A DNA stretch of 63,840 bases, filler included, from Globobulimina sp. (taxonomy: Eukaryota), in assembly GCA_003354225.1 (NCBI GenBank). It is 24 parts of 24 records of this genome, joined end to end, with 100 filler letters (N's around TTAATTAATTAA, not from the genome) between each part and the next. Parts side by side here need not be neighbours in the genome. Positions count along the whole stretch, not along the records: positions 58,615 to 61,177 come from PIVH01005968.1; positions 61,278 to 63,840 come from PIVH01005969.1; 22 more parts are not named here. One strand, given 5' to 3'. Every line of letters starts with the position of its first letter. The stretch's first letter is position 1. A program made the position numbers and the translations under genes. A model generated the notes under the pieces. The model was not told where the DNA came from. It searched no databases and saw nothing but the letters and a program-made list of their open reading frames with translations. Below, one piece after another: positions 58,615 to 63,840 of the stretch.

Positions 58615-59308
58615 CATATTGCTTCTCAACTAAATCTAAATTTGCATTATTTATGATTTGCGATAAATTCATGCTAGCATTTTGCAAATATTCCAGTGCT
58701 TTTGTTGCATGTAATTTTTGGTCAGTAGTCCTGCTTAATTTTCGTTCCTTGATTTCATTCAATTTGCTCAATGTTGAAGCTTTTTGTGTTGATAATATTT
58801 TGTATAATTCTTGATAATGACGATTAATTTGTAAGGTAATGTTTTCAGCGGATTCGAATTCATTAATTTCAATCATATTCTGCTCTAATTTTGCAATATT
58901 GCTTTTAACATTTGCTATATTTTGATTTAATTGCAAGATATATTTATTTTGCTCATTATTTAAAACCACTACATGATGTGATGGATATTTTTGAACACCT
59001 GAACCCTTGCTATCATGTAATTCACTGATAATTAATCCAGTATGCAATGATCTAATACCAATCTCTTTAAATGTTGCTCGGATATCATCTTCTGATAAAC
59101 GAAATAATGCATTATAATCTAATTCATCTTCTAATTGTTTCTGTACTTGTTCTATATGCGCCGGATTTTTAATACATAATGATAGGAACTGTGCTAATGC
59201 ATTATCATCAGATTTACAATCATTTGATTCAAGACAAAGTTTAAGAATATCATCCTTGGCAAGACACACGGTAATAAACAACACTGCCAACAACCAACAA
59301 GATGACAT
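58615..59308 (-). CDS. Signal-peptide protein with a SAM-like segment and coiled coil, 3'-partial
   Basis: MSSCWLLAVLFITVCLA; LEDELDYNALFRLSEDDIRATFKEIGI; heptad-rich C-terminal part. Confidence 0.55.
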
Positions 59309-59600
59309 GCTTTTTAGATTGAAGTCACACTAAATGTATTAACGTAATTGACTAGTGCCAACTAACTTTTTTCTAAAGTCGAATACTTAAAACTTCGAAG
59401 AACACTTGGTGCATTGCATGCTAGGAGCGTGGATTAATTAACAGTACTCTTTTCTCTCCTCTCTATTGCAATTAAGGATGGCCTAGGTCCTAGGTCCAAT
59501 TTATATTGCTCAATATAAGAACAACTCCTATTCGCTCTTTGATAGAATTTCTCTGGAAGTTTACCCAGGCTTTTGAGTGCTTTAAAAACCTTCAAGTCAA

Positions 59601-61177
59601 ATGAACTCAACTAATGATTTGCCTTCAAAACAACACACATTGTGGATATTAGGAAATGAGAAGTTCCGTGACAAATGTCGTGATGCATTGACAACAGTCA
59701 CCACAGAAAACAATTGTGAAGAAGAAGAAGAAGAAAAACAACATCCATGGTTTCATAAACAACAGTGTTTCTTACATAAGATAGCACCATTATTGCTTGA
59801 ATATATTGATTCAAATAATCCGGAGTTACAATCAGAAATATTAAACATATTAAAAATGTGTGGCTGTCAATCAATTGGCTGTGGTAAATTAGTAAATGAA
59901 TTAAACAAAAATAAATTATATGAAATTGGGTATATTTCATTGATAGATTTAAATTTATGTCATTCGACAAAAAATTGTAAGATGACTGATTTGTGGATTA
60001 AAATCTGCGACAAAAATAACAAATTACTCAAAAGAACTTGTTTTCGTTTACACAAAATGATGGCTGGCGGAATTAAAAGAAGTACGCAGCCCAAAACAAA
60101 TCCGAATGTATTATGCTGTGCTTCTTTCTATAAAACTCGGCTTTTATTTAATATTTTGAAAAATGAGAAATATGATATTATGATTTCAATTGGACGCAAT
60201 AATGCATCCGCTATCAAGCCCTGCGCTCATTCCACGGCGGCTACAAATAATAATAAGAATATTCCCTCTGATGTCGCCGAGTGGTGGTTCACGTGTTGGT
60301 GCTCCCACGGTATCATCGAAGACGATGACCATAATATATCGCCTTTGATCATATTGCACCACAATAAATTTATAGGTGACATGGATGATAATTTAAAAAG
60401 ATTAAATTTGATCATTTATTCGAATTCGACAGATCTGACAATATATATAAATAACAAACAGATTGCGATTATTGATAATAAATATCATAATATTCAATCA
60501 ATCCAAATAAAAACAGATGTTTTTCAAACCAAAACGGAAAAGAAAGAGAAAATTATTGAGAATATTATCCCACATATCACTATTTCCGGAAATCATGTGA
60601 ATGGCAATAATAATAATTATAATAATGATGAGAATCACAGATATATTATTTTGGAGAAATTAAGCCGATTAAAGCAGGAAATAAAATATTATAATAATGA
60701 TATTGTATCGTATTTGCAATTAATTAAAGAAAAGGATAAAGAATATCATATAAACCGCATTGATAATCATATTGATGGTAAAAAATACGATTGTTTTCAG
60801 AAAGTATTTAATAAATATAAAAATATGGTAAATAATATATATACGACACCGGAATCAGACACCATTGCAACACTGCCAATAAATGAGAATAATAAATATA
60901 TCAAAATACAACGAACAGAGGCTGTTAATGAATTATTTGAGTTACGATTTAAAACAATGTTCAAACCGAATAAAGCCAATGAGAAATTTCGTATTTTTAT
61001 GGATGAGGAATTTATTGATATTATGCCGAAAATAAATGAATATATGTTACACAACGCCAATAATTTAGGTGAGTTTAAATATGATTCAGATGTATTTATA
61101 AATGTAAATAGATATAAAAAAAAAGATGTATTGGATTTAATACAACATAAAAATAAAATAGTTTTACCAAAACATAC
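59601..61177 (+). CDS. Hypothetical protein, more than 520 aa, 3'-partial
   Basis: Long ORF with no motif recognised. Confidence 0.6.
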
Positions 61178-61277
61178 NNNNNNNNNNNNNNNNNNNNNNN
61201 NNNNNNNNNNNNNNNNNNNNNTTAATTAATTAANNNNNNNNNNNNNNNNNNNNNNNNNNNNNNNNNNNNNNNNNNNN

Positions 61278-61465
61278 GGATCCATCATTTCTTTCATTCC
61301 TGATATTGAATCAGGCGTTAAAATGTCTAATGAGTTTAATTCGTCACTCGATAAATACGAAAATACGGTTCGGAAAACGTGTTGCGGATTTGATGACTGT
61401 TCAATATCAATTTGTGATTCACCAAATGCATGCGCGCATACTGTAATAAATAGGAGAAAAAACAT
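61278..61465 (-). CDS. Putative secreted protein with an F-box-like motif, 3'-partial
   Basis: MFFLLFITVCAHA followed by PQHVFRTVFSYLSSDELNSL. Confidence 0.45.
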
Positions 61466-62015
61466 GTCTTTCTAGCTTTGTTTGGATTTATCTGGTATTC
61501 CTAAGCTATTTTAAGAAGATATTTTTAGTATAAAATTTATCTATTTTTATAATTATGAATCCATTCATAATCCTAATATCATATTTGTATATACTTTTTA
61601 TGATATTTTTTGTTTAAATTATCAATTTCAAATTGAATCCAACACCATCCATCCCTGGTCTGTACAGAGTCTGAAAAATATCTGCCGACCGATGATGGTT
61701 GGTTCGTAATGGTTTTCAAGCTGTTTAGAATTAAAACTCTATGCACCGCAATGGGATTTTATTCAATGTGATGGAGTGTATGCTTGTGAAAATCTTGCAT
61801 TATATACAATGTACGGAGTGGATAATCCACATTCAAACAATTACTTAAATTGCCCACCTGGACAACCAACAGTATGTTTCAATGCCACTGCATATTGTAA
61901 CCCAGGTTTTGAGTCAAACTGTGACTTTGAATATTATTATAATTCAACATCAAACACTGGCGAGTGGCATTGCGACGGCGTATGTGGTGGTTGAACATTA
62001 CAAACAGTGTACTAG

Positions 62016-62164
62016 TTAACTTTTTTGGCTTAGTTTCGTTTCATTTCATTTCAACGATTAGTAAAGTGTCAACTTCGAATACTAGGTTAAAACCACTCTA
62101 ACTAACCCAAAAACCTTGCCAATCGTTGAAATGAAATGAAACGAAACTAAGCCAAAAAAGTTAA
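62016..62164. mobile_element. MITE-like element: 141 bp, perfect 40-bp terminal inverted repeats, flanked by TTAA
   Basis: 62016-62059 is the exact reverse complement of 62121-62164 (44/44 including TTAA), with a 61-nt spacer. Confidence 0.8.
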
Positions 62165-62235
62165 GTGTTTCGCTATAAAATTAATAAACATAAACAGTCC
62201 GCAAAAACCCTAAAAACAAAGCAAGACTCTACACG

Positions 62236-63816
62236 TTACTGCTTATTAAATCTAAATATATTTACATTGGTAACATGCGTATTTTTTGCTTTCAAATAAC
62301 AATAAAATACCAAAGCTCCAATAATGAATAATAAACCAAACCAATGCAATATAAAATGTTTGCCATTAAAAATATCATCTGGTGACTTAAAACATGGACA
62401 GATCGGAGATCTGTGTTTTATGTCGACATCACATTGATCTCCGTCATTGCTATCCGCAACCAAACAGTTGCACACTTTCAATGTTACACCGCCTAAAAGC
62501 ACAGCGACAATAAACCGCCACAATTCGTGCGATTGCTGAGCAATACCAATCAGTATAGGCTCCACATTTGCTGTCAACAAAACAATATTTAACTGATACA
62601 ACAGCAATCCCACAGAACCAATTATAATCAAAATCCAATTACACTTTGAGCCATAGCCATGATTTAAATTATTCCATGATTCACTCCCTTCAAATATTAA
62701 CTGAAACGGTAACAAAACGAACAACGCGCAAATCAAATAAAACAGCGTCATTTCCGATTTGCTCATAACATCAATGCCATCGATAACGCGCGTCTCGCTC
62801 TCCTCCATTGTCAAAATACGAACACTGCGACGCAGAAATAGTATTTGTAGCGGCTTAAATATAGCGGATAACAAATTACATGTTATTATGGTAAACGTGA
62901 CATCCTTATTTTCAATGTCCGTCCATGAAAAACACACCGCGCCAATTGTGATTATTATGGTTGCGATCACCGAGGCTCGCGATGGAAAATCGGTCAATAA
63001 GAAGGGCGACAACACCACAAACCATATTACCTCGGTTGCATGCAATAGAACGTGTATATCCATTGAACTTTCAGTGGCTGCAACGGTGGAAACGACAATA
63101 GAGAGCGCGAAAAAAGCCGATGGAAATATAACCAACCTCCATTTTAGCATGAATTTGCTGAAGAAATGTGCAAAAAAATTGGTCTGCACCACAAGTTGAG
63201 CTATATTGTTGTCGCTGGGATGGCCACTGCTGTTCTGCCCAGATGACATGAATAAATTGGCCCAGCTGCTTAGATCGCGGTTTATCGCGTTATTATAAAC
63301 AGCGTTGTTATTGTTGAGGATGACACTTTGCTCATTGCTGTTAATGCTTGTGTTTGTCGGTGGAGCTAAGGATAATGGATGGTATTTGAAGCAGCAATGG
63401 AAGGACAGTGTAGTGTGAATGAGTAATATTGTGATTCCGACAATTAATTGAATACAGAGTGTAGTTAATGGATAATTGTATATTTGTTTAGCTATGGACG
63501 AATAGAATGGCACAAATGTCTGAAATAACAGGTATATTGCAAGTAATATCATGTTCAAAGAGGTCCACGTGGTTTCTAAGTATGGCGATGAAGTTTTTAA
63601 ATGTGATGATGGGGACAATTTTTTAAATTTCTGCATTGTGTGGTTGTTGTCGTTTAGTAGGATATTGTTGTTGAGTAAGATAATATTCGCATTTAATGAG
63701 CCAGGCGCACTGACATCGACATCCATATTCATATCCATGTCCATATATGATCCACTGTCAACTCGCACATTGTGAAATGATGTCTTTTTTTTTAACCCTC
63801 TGAACCCTTCAAACAT
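62236..63816 (-). CDS. DMT-superfamily transporter (nucleotide-sugar/triose-phosphate transporter-like)
   Basis: About 10 TM helices, with YNYPLTTLCIQL, IHVLLHATEVIW and LLSAIFKPLQILF resembling SLC35/TPT motifs. Confidence 0.7.
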   Translation of the reverse strand: MFEGFRGLKKKTSFHNVRVDSGSYMDMDMNMDVDVSAPGSLNANIILLNNNILLNDNNHTMQKFKKLSPSSHLKTSSPYLETTWTSLNMILLAIYLLFQTFVPFYSSIAKQIYNYPLTTLCIQLIVGITILLIHTTLSFHCCFKYHPLSLAPPTNTSINSNEQSVILNNNNAVYNNAINRDLSSWANLFMSSGQNSSGHPSDNNIAQLVVQTNFFAHFFSKFMLKWRLVIFPSAFFALSIVVSTVAATESSMDIHVLLHATEVIWFVVLSPFLLTDFPSRASVIATIIITIGAVCFSWTDIENKDVTFTIITCNLLSAIFKPLQILFLRRSVRILTMEESETRVIDGIDVMSKSEMTLFYLICALFVLLPFQLIFEGSESWNNLNHGYGSKCNWILIIIGSVGLLLYQLNIVLLTANVEPILIGIAQQSHELWRFIVAVLLGGVTLKVCNCLVADSNDGDQCDVDIKHRSPICPCFKSPDDIFNGKHFILHWFGLLFIIGALVFYCYLKAKNTHVTNVNIFRFNKQ

Positions 63817-63840
63817 GATTTGGAAATTGGAAATTGTATG

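Noticed and set aside
2567-61277. Regularly spaced TTAATTAATTAA repeats as a CRISPR-like or biological array
   Set aside because: They are artificial linkers embedded in N runs. ORFs ending in X...LIN are artefacts, and cross-contig gene neighbourhoods are meaningless.
61690-61994. Cys-rich 72-aa ORF as a complete gene
   Set aside because: It starts at GTG with no clear upstream exon and looks like a remnant of a Cys-rich surface-protein gene; support is insufficient.
403-63775. Numerous short ORFs antisense to or nested in long genes
   Set aside because: They are shadow ORFs with no recognisable motifs.

Overview
This window is not one locus. It holds 24 unrelated contigs of 2563-2566 bp, sorted by decreasing length and joined by an artificial 100-nt spacer (N44-TTAATTAATTAA-N44), so gene neighbourhood is meaningful only within a contig. 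Most contigs come from an AT-rich, gene-dense eukaryote with short GT-AG introns (about 50-95 nt) and the standard code. The gene-family mix suggests a foraminiferan/rhizarian, which is inference only. Recognisable genes include rpL8, gamma-COP, POLD2, Spb1, acetyl-CoA carboxylase, Derlin, TMEM33, an SLC37 transporter, SppA and gluconokinase. Also present are bacterial DNA (a glycosyltransferase operon and a hemA fragment), amplification-type chimeras, and mobile elements (RT+RNase H LINE, Penelope-like element, Zn-finger piggyBac-like gene, TTAA-flanked MITE). The top finding is a gene the ORF track missed: a two-exon, 122-aa candidate selenoprotein (31186-31631, minus) with a CxxU motif at an in-frame TGA, an exact N-terminal PTS2 match and a SECIS-like 3' hairpin. 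It lies tail-to-tail with a gluconokinase ending in the PTS1 tripeptide SKL. All family calls are motif recognition by eye; no searches were run.
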